In this document: one piece after another, positions 49,501-60,000 of the stretch
How the letters are laid out: each line of letters starts with the position of its first letter
Position numbering within the stretch: the first letter of the stretch is position 1
Source: Gemmatimonadales bacterium
GTDB taxonomy: Bacteria; Gemmatimonadota; Gemmatimonadetes; Gemmatimonadales; GWC2-71-9
Direction of reading: 5' to 3'
Length of the DNA: 64,000 nucleotides
Assembly (NCBI GenBank): GCA_044229445.1
Contig: JBGASX010000010.1
Coordinates: 1,106-65,105, forward strand
Program-made: the position numbers and the translations under genes
Notes under the pieces: model-generated
What the model saw: the letters and a program-made list of their open reading frames with translations, nothing else
What the model was told of the DNA's origin: nothing
Database searches by the model: none

Positions 49501-50246
49501 GCAGCCCAGATCCTCTCCACCATCCCTGACAACGGTCCCGGTACGGGCAGGTACCCGCCGAGCACCAGTCCGAAGTAGCTCGCGATCGCGAGCACGAGAA
49601 CGCCGATGGCGACAAGGGGCCAGAGCGGGCGACGCCAGGCCCGGACCTCCTCCACTTCCGCCCCCCAGGTCCGCCACTCCTCCCGCAGCACCTCCTCCAG
49701 CGCCAGCCACGCCGCTTCGAGGCGCCGCGCACTCGCCAGGAGGGCGGCCTGCCACTCGTGGACCGCGGTCAGCGGGGCCCGTTCGCTGCGCGCGGCGGGG
49801 GCGAGCTGATCGAGGGTGACGAGACTCTCACGAAGCGGCTGGCTACCGCGATCGAGGCGGGCCGCCAGTGCACGCACTTCGGCCGCATCGAGGGGGAGAT
49901 GCCGGGCGTAGCGCGCCGGCAGGCGCGACTCCCGGGCGGCGGCGAGCATGCGATCACTGATCGCCGCGGCGGCACGCTCGGCCACCGACTCCACCGCACT
50001 GCCCCACGCGGTATCCCAGGCCGCGCCATTCAGCGTGGCGAGCGCAAGCTCGCGGTCGCCCTCGCGCGCCCAGCGCCGGGCATCTCCGGCGAGTTCGAAG
50101 AGCTGGGAGACCAGAGCGACACGAATGTCCTCGAGTCCGATCCAGTGCAGGGAGCCTTGCGCGGCAGGCGTGGGCACGATGAGCCGGCCGAGCGAGGGGC
50201 CGAGCTCGGGAATCTCCAGCACTGTCCTGGTCGAGGGCGACGTCAT
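49491..50246 (-). CDS. Hypothetical helical protein with a C-terminal membrane anchor
   Basis: Overlaps both neighbours in operon fashion; hydrophobic C-terminal helix. Confidence 0.7.
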   Translation of the reverse strand: MTSPSTRTVLEIPELGPSLGRLIVPTPAAQGSLHWIGLEDIRVALVSQLFELAGDARRWAREGDRELALATLNGAAWDTAWGSAVESVAERAAAAISDRMLAAARESRLPARYARHLPLDAAEVRALAARLDRGSQPLRESLVTLDQLAPAARSERAPLTAVHEWQAALLASARRLEAAWLALEEVLREEWRTWGAEVEEVRAWRRPLWPLVAIGVLVLAIASYFGLVLGGYLPVPGPLSGMVERIWAAWN

Positions 50247-50839
50247 GCGGCGCTCCAGGCGGGGGGTTCGTCACCGAGCGCCGCCTCACACAGCACCGCG
50301 GGCCGCCCGGTTCGCGTCGCATACCGGGCGGCGAACTGCACCAGCGCGTCGGCGACGCAGCTCTCGCGCGGCAATCCGGCGATGCCGATCAGCTGCTCGA
50401 TGCCGGCAGGCGTCCCTTCGATCTCCATCAGCACATCCATGCGCGGGTACCACTCCAGCCTGGCCACCGTGCCCGAAATGCGATACACCTCGACGTACCG
50501 ATCGATGGCGTGCGTGATGCCGTAGCCCAGCGACTCGAGCAGGCGCAATGCGCCAGCGCCGTCACCTGCCACCACCTCGATCTCCTCGCGCTGCTTGTAG
50601 CCCTCGGGGCTGACCGCCGTCGGGCCCTTCCAGCCGATCTCGGCGTGCTCCGGACCCTCCTCCGGGATCCACCGGCGGAGCCGCAGCACCTGGTCGCGCC
50701 GCTCGAGCTCGCCGTCTCGATCGAGGCGACGGTCGCGCAGCATGCCTCGGAAGCTTCGCAGCGCCCCGGCCGCGAGCAGCCGCCGACGGATCGCGGCGGG
50801 ATCGGCGACGACCGCCTTCACTTCGAGTTCAGTCGCCAA
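50243..50839 (-). CDS. CYTH-domain protein (class IV adenylate cyclase / triphosphate tunnel metalloenzyme)
   Basis: ELEVK (ExExK), LRLRR, WKGP, REEIE, MEIEG; TTG start inferred. Confidence 0.85.
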   Translation of the reverse strand: MATELEVKAVVADPAAIRRRLLAAGALRSFRGMLRDRRLDRDGELERRDQVLRLRRWIPEEGPEHAEIGWKGPTAVSPEGYKQREEIEVVAGDGAGALRLLESLGYGITHAIDRYVEVYRISGTVARLEWYPRMDVLMEIEGTPAGIEQLIGIAGLPRESCVADALVQFAARYATRTGRPAVLCEAALGDEPPAWSAA

Positions 50840-51533
50840 GGATGGCCTCGAGCACCCGCGGCGTGTCACTGAGGTCGACGAACGCCGCATGCGCGCCGGC
50901 CTCCTCGAGAGAACTCAGCGGATAGGCTCCGGTCGCTACACCGATGGCGCGGGCTTCGATGCCCCGACCGCAGGTGACATCCGCGGGGGTGTCACCGATG
51001 ATGACGACTTCGCGGCCGCGGGGTTCGCGTCCGAAGTGGGGCACCGCGCGCCGTGCCGCGATCGCCGGCAGATCGGGGCGGTGCGAGGAATCGGATCCGA
51101 AGGCCCCGACGCGGAAGCGGGCGGGCTCGATCGCCGCGGCCAGGAGCTTGAGCCCGGCCCCCTCGCGCATGTTGCCGGTGAGGAGACCGAGCACCACATC
51201 AGGCTCCTGCTCGAGCGCATCGAGCAGCTCGGGAATGCCGGGCATGACGGTCGTGAGCGAGCGGGGCTGCCGCAGTTCCTCTTCCAGCAATGCGAGGTAG
51301 CGTCCGCAGAGTTCCTGGATGAACCCCGCGTCCCCCGCGCCTGCATGGCCGGTGGCCTCGAGCAGCTCCGCGACGATCTGCGGGTCGGTCTTCCCGTCGA
51401 ACCGGACCCGTTCGAACGCGTCGTTGATGTCCACATGGCTGGCGAGCGCCGCCGTGATGGCGCGCCGCCCCGCCCCCGCCGTCAGCAGGAGCGTTCCGTC
51501 GATATCGAACAGCACGAGCGTGGATGCCACCAT
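50829..51533 (-). CDS. HAD-family hydrolase
   Basis: LFDIDGTL, LLTGN, IIGDTPADV. Confidence 0.9.
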   Translation of the reverse strand: MVASTLVLFDIDGTLLLTAGAGRRAITAALASHVDINDAFERVRFDGKTDPQIVAELLEATGHAGAGDAGFIQELCGRYLALLEEELRQPRSLTTVMPGIPELLDALEQEPDVVLGLLTGNMREGAGLKLLAAAIEPARFRVGAFGSDSSHRPDLPAIAARRAVPHFGREPRGREVVIIGDTPADVTCGRGIEARAIGVATGAYPLSSLEEAGAHAAFVDLSDTPRVLEAILGD

Positions 51534-52319
51534 CTACTCCATTCTCCGGACGGCGACGAGCTGGGTCCTCAGCATCATGGCGCGGGTGCCCGGGCCCCAC
51601 GGCTCGAGCACGACTCCGCCGCACGCCACGGTGGAATGGATCAGGGTATCGCTCGGCCCGGCGAACGCGACGTGAGTGATCCGGTCACCCCGGTCCGAGA
51701 AGAAGAGCAGGTCGCCCGGCCGATGCTCGCCGAGCGGCACCGGCTCGCCCTGCTCCGCCTGCTGGGCGGCGTCGCGGTGGAGGGTGATGCCCCGGGCGAG
51801 AAAGGTGGTCTGGACCAGTCCGGAGCAATCGACGCCCCAGGGCGTGACACCTCCCCATTGATAGGGTGTCCCCGCGAAGGCGCGGAGCGCCCACAGCTCT
51901 GGCGACATCGCGCGCGCGCGCACGATCACCCGCGCGTGCGGCGTGATGGTCCCGACGCCGAGGACACCCCGGCGGCCGTCGGGCAGGTCGATGCGCGGCG
52001 ATGCGAGGCCTGCCCGGGCGCGGAGGGGGAGCCTGACAATCACTCCGTCCTCGGTCCGCATGACCGCGCCTTCGCTCCAGGCCAGCGCGGATTCCCGCCA
52101 TCCCCGGGCGATCTCATGATCGGTCTCGAGCGCATAGCCGATGTGCACCCAGCCTTCGTAGCGGTCCACGTCGAGCCGGACCCGGCGCCAGTCCCCCTGG
52201 TGTTCCAGCACCTTCGCCGTCTCGCCGAGGACGAGCTGAGTCACCTGCTCGGAACGGAGGTTGGGCTCGCGGAGGACCGGGGCGACCCCGGCCCGGCCGA
52301 TGAGCGAGGTCGTGGTCAT
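51534..52319 (-). CDS. SH3b + NlpC/P60 (C40) peptidase, YkfC-like
   Basis: SEQVTQLVLGE, YEGWV, GTPYQWGG..GVDCSGLVQ, GDLLFF, ITHV; no signal peptide. Confidence 0.9.
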   Translation of the reverse strand: MTTTSLIGRAGVAPVLREPNLRSEQVTQLVLGETAKVLEHQGDWRRVRLDVDRYEGWVHIGYALETDHEIARGWRESALAWSEGAVMRTEDGVIVRLPLRARAGLASPRIDLPDGRRGVLGVGTITPHARVIVRARAMSPELWALRAFAGTPYQWGGVTPWGVDCSGLVQTTFLARGITLHRDAAQQAEQGEPVPLGEHRPGDLLFFSDRGDRITHVAFAGPSDTLIHSTVACGGVVLEPWGPGTRAMMLRTQLVAVRRME

Positions 52320-52480
52320 TTGGCCTGGCACTCCTTGCAGAGCGAGACCCCCTGGAAGGTGCAGACGATGCAGATGAACGTGCCGCACTTCTCGCAGGGA
52401 TAGCCCTCCGAGGCCCGTTCCTCGCGCCCGCAGGCGCGGCAGTTCATGGCATCCCGTTCCTTCAGCTCTTCCTTTTTCAT
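52316..52480 (-). CDS. 54-aa microprotein with four CxxC pairs (double zinc finger; below the ORF-track cutoff)
   Basis: GGGAGG SD; MKKEELKERDAMNCRACGREERASEGYPCEKCGTFICIVCTFQGVSLCKECQAK; stop overlaps the peptidase start (ATGA). Confidence 0.8.
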   Translation of the reverse strand: MKKEELKERDAMNCRACGREERASEGYPCEKCGTFICIVCTFQGVSLCKECQAK

Positions 52481-52545
52481 ACCGCCTCCCGCGTTGCGTC
52501 GGTCCCCGGGGCCTCGACGAGGCGCCGGGCGACCGGCTGGGGACT

Positions 52546-53892
52546 TCAGGTCGTGATGGCGTACCGCTTGATCTTGTTGATCAGCGTGGCGCGCGAGATA
52601 CCGAGTTCCTGTGCCGCGCGGGTCCGGTTGCCGACATGGTGGCGCAGCGTGCGCTCGATGTGAGCCCGTTCGAGTTCGTCGAGCGTCATCGGCGTGTGGC
52701 GGCGATCGCCGGGCCCGGGCCGATTGCGGAAGTCGCCGGGCAGATGCTCCAGCCCGACGAGCGGCTGGCCGCGCGAGAGGATGAGCGCCCGCTCGAGGAC
52801 ATTGCGCAGCTCGCGGGTGTTGCCGGGCCAGGGGTGCGAGAGGAGGCGTTCGAGCGCCTCGGGACCGATCGCCGGCGCAGCGCCGGTGACCTCCCGCTGC
52901 AGTTCGTTCACGAGAGTCAGCACGAGTGTCAGGCGATCCTCGCGACTCCGCTCGCGCAGGGCGGGCAGCAGCAGCGGCATCACGCTCAACCGGTACGCCA
53001 GGTCCTCCCGGAAGGTGCCGGCCTCCACCATCGCATCGAGATCGCGACTGGTCGCGGCGATGATCCGGACGTCCGCGGCCAGCTCCCGCACGCCGCCGAC
53101 GCGCCGGAAACTCCGGGTCTCGAGGAGGCGGAGCAGCTTGGGCTGCAGTTCCGCGGGCAGGTCACCGATCTCCGGCATGACGAGCGAACCGCCCTCGGCG
53201 GTCTCCACCAGGCCGGGCCGCCGCTCGCGGGCCTCCTGCTCACTGGCGCGTTCGGTCCCGAACAGTTCGGCATCGAGCCCCGCCGGCGTCTTGCCCCAGA
53301 TCTGGACCTCGACGAACGGTCCGGAGGCCCGCGGGCTGAGAGAATGGATCATCGCCGCCATCCAGCGTTTGCCGACGCCGGTCTCGCCCCGGAGCAACAC
53401 GGGGGTGCGCTCCGACAGCGCGATGAGTCCGACCTGCCGGCCGAGATCCTTCATCGCCGTCGAATCCCCGAGGGAATCGAGACCTTCGCCAGGGGTGCTC
53501 CGGAGGAGGAGGAGTTCGTTGAGACGGCGGAGCCGGACCTTGTCCGCCACCCGGGCGACTGCCGCCACCAGATGGCCCATGTCCACCGGTTTGCTGAGGA
53601 AGTTCTCGGCTCCGCGCTGCATCGCCTCGACCGCGGTCGAGACATCGCCATGTCCGGTGAGCAGGATGACGGAGGCGTTCCGCTCCTTGAAGCGAACCAG
53701 CGCATCGAGTCCGTTCATCCCCGGGAGGTGCAGATCGAGCACCACGACCTCCGGGTGCAAGCGATCGTAGGCCGCGAGACCGCTTTCGGCATTCAGTTCG
53801 CGCGAGACCTCATACCCCGCCCGTTCGAACACCATGCCCACGGTGCGCAGCACGTCCACATCGTCGTCGATGAGCAGCACGGAATCAGGCAT
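52546..53892 (-). CDS. NtrC-family response regulator with a degenerate AAA+ domain
   Basis: REC + GETGVGKR + WPGNTREL + HTH, but GAFTGA is replaced by ASEQEA and Walker B reads MPEIGD. Confidence 0.88.
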   Translation of the reverse strand: MPDSVLLIDDDVDVLRTVGMVFERAGYEVSRELNAESGLAAYDRLHPEVVVLDLHLPGMNGLDALVRFKERNASVILLTGHGDVSTAVEAMQRGAENFLSKPVDMGHLVAAVARVADKVRLRRLNELLLLRSTPGEGLDSLGDSTAMKDLGRQVGLIALSERTPVLLRGETGVGKRWMAAMIHSLSPRASGPFVEVQIWGKTPAGLDAELFGTERASEQEARERRPGLVETAEGGSLVMPEIGDLPAELQPKLLRLLETRSFRRVGGVRELAADVRIIAATSRDLDAMVEAGTFREDLAYRLSVMPLLLPALRERSREDRLTLVLTLVNELQREVTGAAPAIGPEALERLLSHPWPGNTRELRNVLERALILSRGQPLVGLEHLPGDFRNRPGPGDRRHTPMTLDELERAHIERTLRHHVGNRTRAAQELGISRATLINKIKRYAITT

Positions 53893-56137
53893 GGCCCGTC
53901 CTCGCAATCCTGGTAGGGTCCTTCGGTAGCCGGAAGGCGAATCGCGCGCCGCCCTCCGGCCTGTTCTCCCCGTGGATCTCCCCGCCATGCGCGCGGATGA
54001 TCCCGTGGGAAATCGAGAGTCCAAGGCCGGTCCCGTGTCCCTGTGCCTTGGTGGTGAAGAATGGCTCGAAGACGCGGGTGAGCGCGGCCTCCGGGATACC
54101 GGGGCCCTGGTCGAGCACCTCGAAGCCCACCCAGTCGCGATCCGACCAGGTGCGCACCGTGGCCGCCGGCGCCGCGCTGCCGGCCATGGCCTGGGCGGCG
54201 TTCATGAGCAGGTTGGTGATCACCTGGCGGATCTGGTCGGGATCGGCGGTCACCGCCGGCAGCGTCGGATCGAGTCCCAGGGTCCAGACGACGCCGTGCT
54301 CGGCGAGACCGGGCGTGGCGGCGAAGGTTTCCCGCGTGATCAGGTTGAGATGGGTGTCGCGCCGCTCGAGCGGCCGCAGCCGGGCGAAGGTCAGCAGCCC
54401 GGTCACGATCCGGCCGGCGCGCATCGCCTCGCCGCGCATGGTCTCGATGCCGGACGCGATCTCGCCGGGCAGCTGCGGGTCGATCAGGAGGGCCTGGGCC
54501 ATGGCGGCGATCCCGGCCAGCGGGTTGTTCAGCTCGTGGGCTGCGCCCGAGACCAGTCCGCCGAGCGCCACCATCTTCTCCGAGTGACTCAGGCGCTCGC
54601 GCAGCTCGATCTCCTCGGTCACGTCGCGCACGATCGCCAGCAGGGCGTGGAGGCCGCCGCGTTCTTCGACCGGAACGACGACGGCGTCCGCCTGACGGAG
54701 CGCACCGTCACCCCGCCGGAGCCGGAACATGAACTGCCGGCTTTCGCCCTGGAAGCTCCGGGCGAGTTCCGCTTCGACCCGGGACCAGTCCTCGGGGGCC
54801 ACGAAGTCGGCGAGCTGGGCGGTGGGGTTCGGGGCGGCGAGGCCGACCAGGCGGAACCCGGCGCGATTCACGGCGAGGAAGCGCCCCTCGCGATCGAGCG
54901 TCACGATGGCGAGCGGGGCCCGGTTGAAGAGCGCCCGGAACCGGCGCTCCGAGCGGCGCAGCGCCTCGGCGGCGAGCCGCTCGCGCGTGACGTCGCGCGC
55001 GACGGCAACCGCGCCGGTCAGCGTGCCCCGCTCCTCGAGCGGGGCGATGGAGACATCGGCGATGCGCATCGCTTCGCCCCGGCGCACGAGCGATTCATAG
55101 CGCCGGGGTGCGTGCGGCGCGGCGACCGCGGACGTTCCGGCTTCGTCCGGCAGCAGCGCCGTGAGCGTGCGCCCCAGCAGTTGCGGCACGGGGAGGCCGA
55201 AGAGCTCGGCGGCGGCGGCGTTGGCGAAGAGCACGCGACCGTCGGCGCCGGACAGCACGATGGCCTCCTGGGTCGTCTCCACCAGGCGGCTGTAGCGCGC
55301 CTCGAGCCGGACATAATGGGTCAGGTCGTCGAGGGCCACCACGAAGCCACCGTCCGCGCGAGGCGCGGCGGTCAGCACCATGTGCTGGCCCCTGATCGCA
55401 TCGAGAAAGACGCTCACCCGGTGACCGCGCGTCCGCGCCTGCGCGAGCGGATCCTGTTCCGGCTCCGGCCAGCGGCTGAAGAGCCGGGGGAGCGGGAGTC
55501 CCGGGAGGTCGGTCACTCCGACACCGGCCAGGTCCGCCACGAAGCGATTGGCCCGCTCGATCTGGCCGCCGCCATCCACCAGCGCGAGTCCGCTGCCGGT
55601 ACCGTCGAAGGCGGTCTGCCATTCCGTCTTGACGCGCACCAGGGTATCGAGGAGCCGCCGCATGCCGATCGCGAGCGAGGCCTGATCGGCAAAGGCGGAC
55701 GCGAGCAGGCGCTCGTCGGCCGAGTAGACCCGGGGCGCATCGTGGTAGAACGCGAGCCAGCCGATGACCCGCTCCTGGTAGATCAGCGGCAGCGCGGCGA
55801 CTCCCGCAAAGCCTTCCGCAAGGACGACGTCGTGAATCGGACTGGTGCGGTCCTCCCGCGCATCGGGCTGGAAATACGGATCACCGCGGAGTACGGTGCT
55901 CGAAGAATGGGCCTCGCGGAACCGGGCGCGCATCGAGGCGATGTACGCAGGCGAGAGACCGATGGCGACCGGCGCCTCGATGGAGGTCTGCTGTTCGTCG
56001 ATCAGGAAGATGCCGGCCCGCTGGGCCCCGAAGACCCGCATCCCCTCCTCGGCGGCCGCGGCCATTGCCCCCGCGGCATCGGGCGCGCGCGCCAGCAGAT
56101 GCGCGACGCGGCCGAGAGCGGCGACGGGGGTCGACAT
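53885..56137 (-). CDS. Cytoplasmic GAF-PAS-PAS-PAS sensor histidine kinase
   Basis: GAF and PAS-like repeats, AHELNNPL, NLLMNAAQA, DQGPGI, FFTTK..GTGLGL. Confidence 0.9.
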   Translation of the reverse strand: MSTPVAALGRVAHLLARAPDAAGAMAAAAEEGMRVFGAQRAGIFLIDEQQTSIEAPVAIGLSPAYIASMRARFREAHSSSTVLRGDPYFQPDAREDRTSPIHDVVLAEGFAGVAALPLIYQERVIGWLAFYHDAPRVYSADERLLASAFADQASLAIGMRRLLDTLVRVKTEWQTAFDGTGSGLALVDGGGQIERANRFVADLAGVGVTDLPGLPLPRLFSRWPEPEQDPLAQARTRGHRVSVFLDAIRGQHMVLTAAPRADGGFVVALDDLTHYVRLEARYSRLVETTQEAIVLSGADGRVLFANAAAAELFGLPVPQLLGRTLTALLPDEAGTSAVAAPHAPRRYESLVRRGEAMRIADVSIAPLEERGTLTGAVAVARDVTRERLAAEALRRSERRFRALFNRAPLAIVTLDREGRFLAVNRAGFRLVGLAAPNPTAQLADFVAPEDWSRVEAELARSFQGESRQFMFRLRRGDGALRQADAVVVPVEERGGLHALLAIVRDVTEEIELRERLSHSEKMVALGGLVSGAAHELNNPLAGIAAMAQALLIDPQLPGEIASGIETMRGEAMRAGRIVTGLLTFARLRPLERRDTHLNLITRETFAATPGLAEHGVVWTLGLDPTLPAVTADPDQIRQVITNLLMNAAQAMAGSAAPAATVRTWSDRDWVGFEVLDQGPGIPEAALTRVFEPFFTTKAQGHGTGLGLSISHGIIRAHGGEIHGENRPEGGARFAFRLPKDPTRIARTGHA

Positions 56138-56138
56138 C

Positions 56139-57047
56139 TCAGCCCTTCCTCGCCGGCACGAGCACCTGAATGGCGTGCGGCACGATCTCCGCCGTGAACG
56201 GCGTGGCGCCGATCGGCTCGCCGTCGAGCTGGACCGGGGCTTCGACATCGGTCGCGATCGTGATCCGGCGTCCGCTCGCATAGCGCACGGCCCCTTGTCC
56301 GCTCGCCAGCGGCCGGCCGTCCCGGAGCAGTTCCCAGATCGCCCGCACACCCTGGAAGAAGCCGTCGGCGTTCATCACGATGACGTCGAGCAGACCGTCG
56401 TCGAGGGCGATGCCGCTCCGGAGCTTCACGTAGGGCGGAATCACCTCGCTGCAGTTCGCCACCAGCACCATCGCCCCGCGCGCCTCGTACTCCACGCCAT
56501 CGACGGTGATCCGGTGCCGGGTGCTCCGCAGGAGGGGCAGCAGCCGGAAGGTCGTGGCGACATACGCAGCGAAGCGCCAGCGCTGCTTATCCGCGGTCGA
56601 GGTCTCCGCCATCACACGGGCGTCGTAGCCCGCGCCGCAGGCCACGGCGAAGTAGTGGGGACCGTCGGCCCGCTGCATACAGCCGAGATCGATGGGCCGC
56701 CGCTTCGCATCGAGCAGTGCGCGGGCCGCGCGGAGCGGATTCGCCGGCACCCGCAGATTGCCGGCGAGCAGGTTCCCCGTGCCTCCGGGAATGAGCCCGA
56801 GCGCCGTCCGGCTCCCCACCAGCGCCGCGGCGGCCTGCATCGTGGTGCCGTCCCCGCCGAACACCACGACCACCTCCAGGCCATCCGCCACCGCCTGGGT
56901 CGCGAAGCGACGGGCATCGCCGGGACCGGTGGTCGCGCGGAGTTCGACCGTCCAGCCCCCCTGGCGGAGGATCTCGACGGCGGCCTCGACCGTGGCGTCC
57001 TGGGTGCGGGCGGCGGCGGGGTTGGCGATGAACAGGGCGCGTGTCAC
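56139..57047 (-). CDS. Diacylglycerol/lipid kinase family protein (YegS/DAGK)
   Basis: IANPAA, GGDGT, IPGGTGNL, GAGYDA, QLDGE. Confidence 0.9.
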   Translation of the reverse strand: MTRALFIANPAAARTQDATVEAAVEILRQGGWTVELRATTGPGDARRFATQAVADGLEVVVVFGGDGTTMQAAAALVGSRTALGLIPGGTGNLLAGNLRVPANPLRAARALLDAKRRPIDLGCMQRADGPHYFAVACGAGYDARVMAETSTADKQRWRFAAYVATTFRLLPLLRSTRHRITVDGVEYEARGAMVLVANCSEVIPPYVKLRSGIALDDGLLDVIVMNADGFFQGVRAIWELLRDGRPLASGQGAVRYASGRRITIATDVEAPVQLDGEPIGATPFTAEIVPHAIQVLVPARKG

Positions 57048-57049
57048 GG

Positions 57050-60000
57050 TCAGTACTCCCGTTCCCACAGCACGTCGAGGCCGACCTGGTACTTGTTGGT
57101 CGAGAGGGCCGGGTTGATCACGGCCGCCTGACAACTGTACGCGGGCTCGACGCTGGCCTTGAGGCGGAGGGCCCGGCTGATGCGGAATTCGGCGCTGGGG
57201 TAGAAGCGCTGGGCATTGGTGCAGAGATCCGCCACCAGCGTCACGAACCAGCGGCGGCCGATCTGCCAGCCGGCGGCGACCTGGGCCACCTGGGCGGAAC
57301 CGCTCTGGCTGGACAGCCCGGAGGTCCCGGCGCCGCCGGTCCGGATGTCGATGAAGTCGATCGGCACCCCCAGGTCGCTGATCAGCGTTCGCTGCAGCTC
57401 GCTGGAGAGCGCGCTCGAGAGATAGGACAGCCCCGCCTGCACCGCCGCATACTGGCTGCTCTGGTTGCCCTGTCCCTGCAGGCTGAACGTGGGACGGCGG
57501 AACATCAGGTACGAGACCAGTTCGGTCTGGGAGAGGCTGGGCCGCTGCGGCGTCGGGGTGCTCGTCAGCTCCAGCTTCGGCTGCAGCATGGTGCCGGTGA
57601 TCTTGGCGATGACCGGAATGTCCTCATTGCTCTCGATGTCGGTGACGACGTGCTTCGCTTCGATGTCGAGATCGGCATTCAGGTCGGGCGTGCCGAAGTA
57701 GCGCACCGTGCCGCGCTCGACGGTGAAGTCGACCGTGACGAACCCGCCAAGACGGAGCGCGTAGTTCCCGCGGACCGCGTTCAGGGTCCCATCGTAGCGA
57801 TAGCGGTCGCGGATCTTGTTGACGGTCAGGTTCCCGTCGAGCTGGATGTTGGCCTCGCTCGAGCGGAGCCAGAAATTCTCGCCCATCTGCACCTGCAGAT
57901 TGTCGATCGTCAGCGAATCGAGGAACCGGCTCTGGAAGTTGGCGCCGAGTTTCTCGGTGCGCACGAGATCGAGATCGATCAGCCCGGAATCGCCCGGGTT
58001 CTCGAGGTCCACGATCCGCTTGGTGAGCAGATCGGCGAAATGGAGGTTGCCCGCGTCGGCCGTGACGCGGCCGCCAAGGTGCGCCTGCCAGATCGGTCCG
58101 GTGAGACGCACGGTGCCCGAGGCGTCGAGGGTGACGAAGCGCCGGGCATCGATCGCCCGGAAGCGCTGCGCGCGGAGGGTCAGATCCAGCACCGGCCGGG
58201 TCAGCTGATCGAGCCGGAGGCCGCCGGAGACCCGCAGGGTTCCCTCGCCACTCCGCGCCGTCAGGGTGTCGATGGTGATCGAGTCGCCGGAGAGATGCGC
58301 GCGGGCGTTGACCGCGCTGTAGGTGACCCCGAGCCCGGGCACGCTGGCCGAGGCGCCGAGGATCTCGACGTTGCCGCCGAGGCGGGGGTGCTCCCAGGTT
58401 CCGCCGACTTCGACATTCGCGCGAAGCATGCCGCGCACCCGGCGAAGATTGCGCGTGAACGCCTCGGCGACGGCGAGGTCGGTGCTGTCGGCGATGGCCC
58501 GCACGGAGAGTGGTCCCTCCACCTGGCGATGCGGCACCGACTGCAGGGCCAGGTCGAGCGGGAGCTGGGCCTCGAGCCGCAGCACCGGCTCCCCCGTCTT
58601 CCAGAGCAGCAGGTTCGCGTCGAGCCGCTTGTCGGCGTAGTCGATCACGCCCTGCACGAACGGGGAGCCGAGATCCCCGAAGGCGAGATCGCTGAGGGTC
58701 CCGGTGCCGCGCAGTGTCGGCTTCGCCGCGGTCCCGCCGACCTCGAGATCGACCTGGACCGTCCCGGCGACGCCGGTGGTGTCGAGCTCGAGGAGCGCGT
58801 AGACGTCATTGAGATCCACGCCGAGTGCGCTCACCGTGAGCGCTCCCGGAGCGGTGCGCGGCACGCTCCCCGTCAGGTGGAGCGAGCCGGAGCCGTCCGT
58901 CGCATCGAGGGCGATCGGTGAGAGGTCGAACCGGCCGCCCCGTTGCACGATGGTTGCCCGGTCGCGGAGGCGCCACTCGTGGCGCGGGAGGGTCGCGATC
59001 GCGCTGTCGAGGGCGAGCACGCTCGCACTGTCAGGCGGCAGCCACCACTCACCACCCGCCGTCAGGCCGGCCATGTTGCCGAACTGGGCCCCGCCACTCC
59101 AGTGGAGCGAATCCTCGAACCCCGCCGCGACCAGGTTCACCTCCTGCGCCGCCCAGCTTCCGGCGACGACGGTATCGGCTCGCAAGGCCGCACCGATCTC
59201 CGGACGCGCGGCCCGCTTCCAGCCGAAGGCGAACGCCAGTGCCGGCGAACGGGTGCCGCGCCAGGAGAGTTCCTCCCCGCGCGCCCGGATCAGGAGCCTG
59301 GGGTCCTGCGCATTCCCGGAGAGCTCGAGCTCGCCGCTGACTCGCCCCTGCAGCCGTTGCTTCGCCACGATGGTATCGGCGGGCGGCCCGGCATAGCGAT
59401 TGACGATGTCTTCGAACGGCAGGAGGCTGTCCGCCACGAACTCCACGTGGATCTGCCGGTCGTCCGCGCCGCGCCAGGCGAGGCGCCCGTTGCCGGCCAT
59501 CTGGCCCGACGGCCACCCGGCCGTCAGCGTATCGACGACGACATAGCCCGCTTCGCCGCGCAGCCGGAGATGCAGGGTATCGAGGGTGAAATCGAAGGCG
59601 CGGCCCTGGCTCAGATCGATCCCGAGCGCACCCGATGGTCCCGCGAGTGAATCGAGACGACCATCCGCGCTCATCGTTCCGGACAGCCGGGTGTGCGGTC
59701 CGGTGCCGCGCACCAGCGCGAGATCGAGACTCGCGAAGCGGGCGGTGAGGCTCTCCGCCTGGAGCGCAAGCGAGTCGCGCACGATCGTGCCCTGCAGCGC
59801 GAGCGCACCGAGGCCGCCCTGGACGGAGGACACGACGTGAAAGCGCTCGGTCGTCCCTTCGACCGCAACCAGCCCGCGCACCGCGCCCTGCACCGGAATG
59901 CCAGGATAGCTGGGCCGAATCCCGTCGAAGCTGAGCGAGTCGAAGTTGAGCCGGGTGGAGAAGACCAGCATCTCCTGGCGGGTATCGAGGGTGGCCGTGC

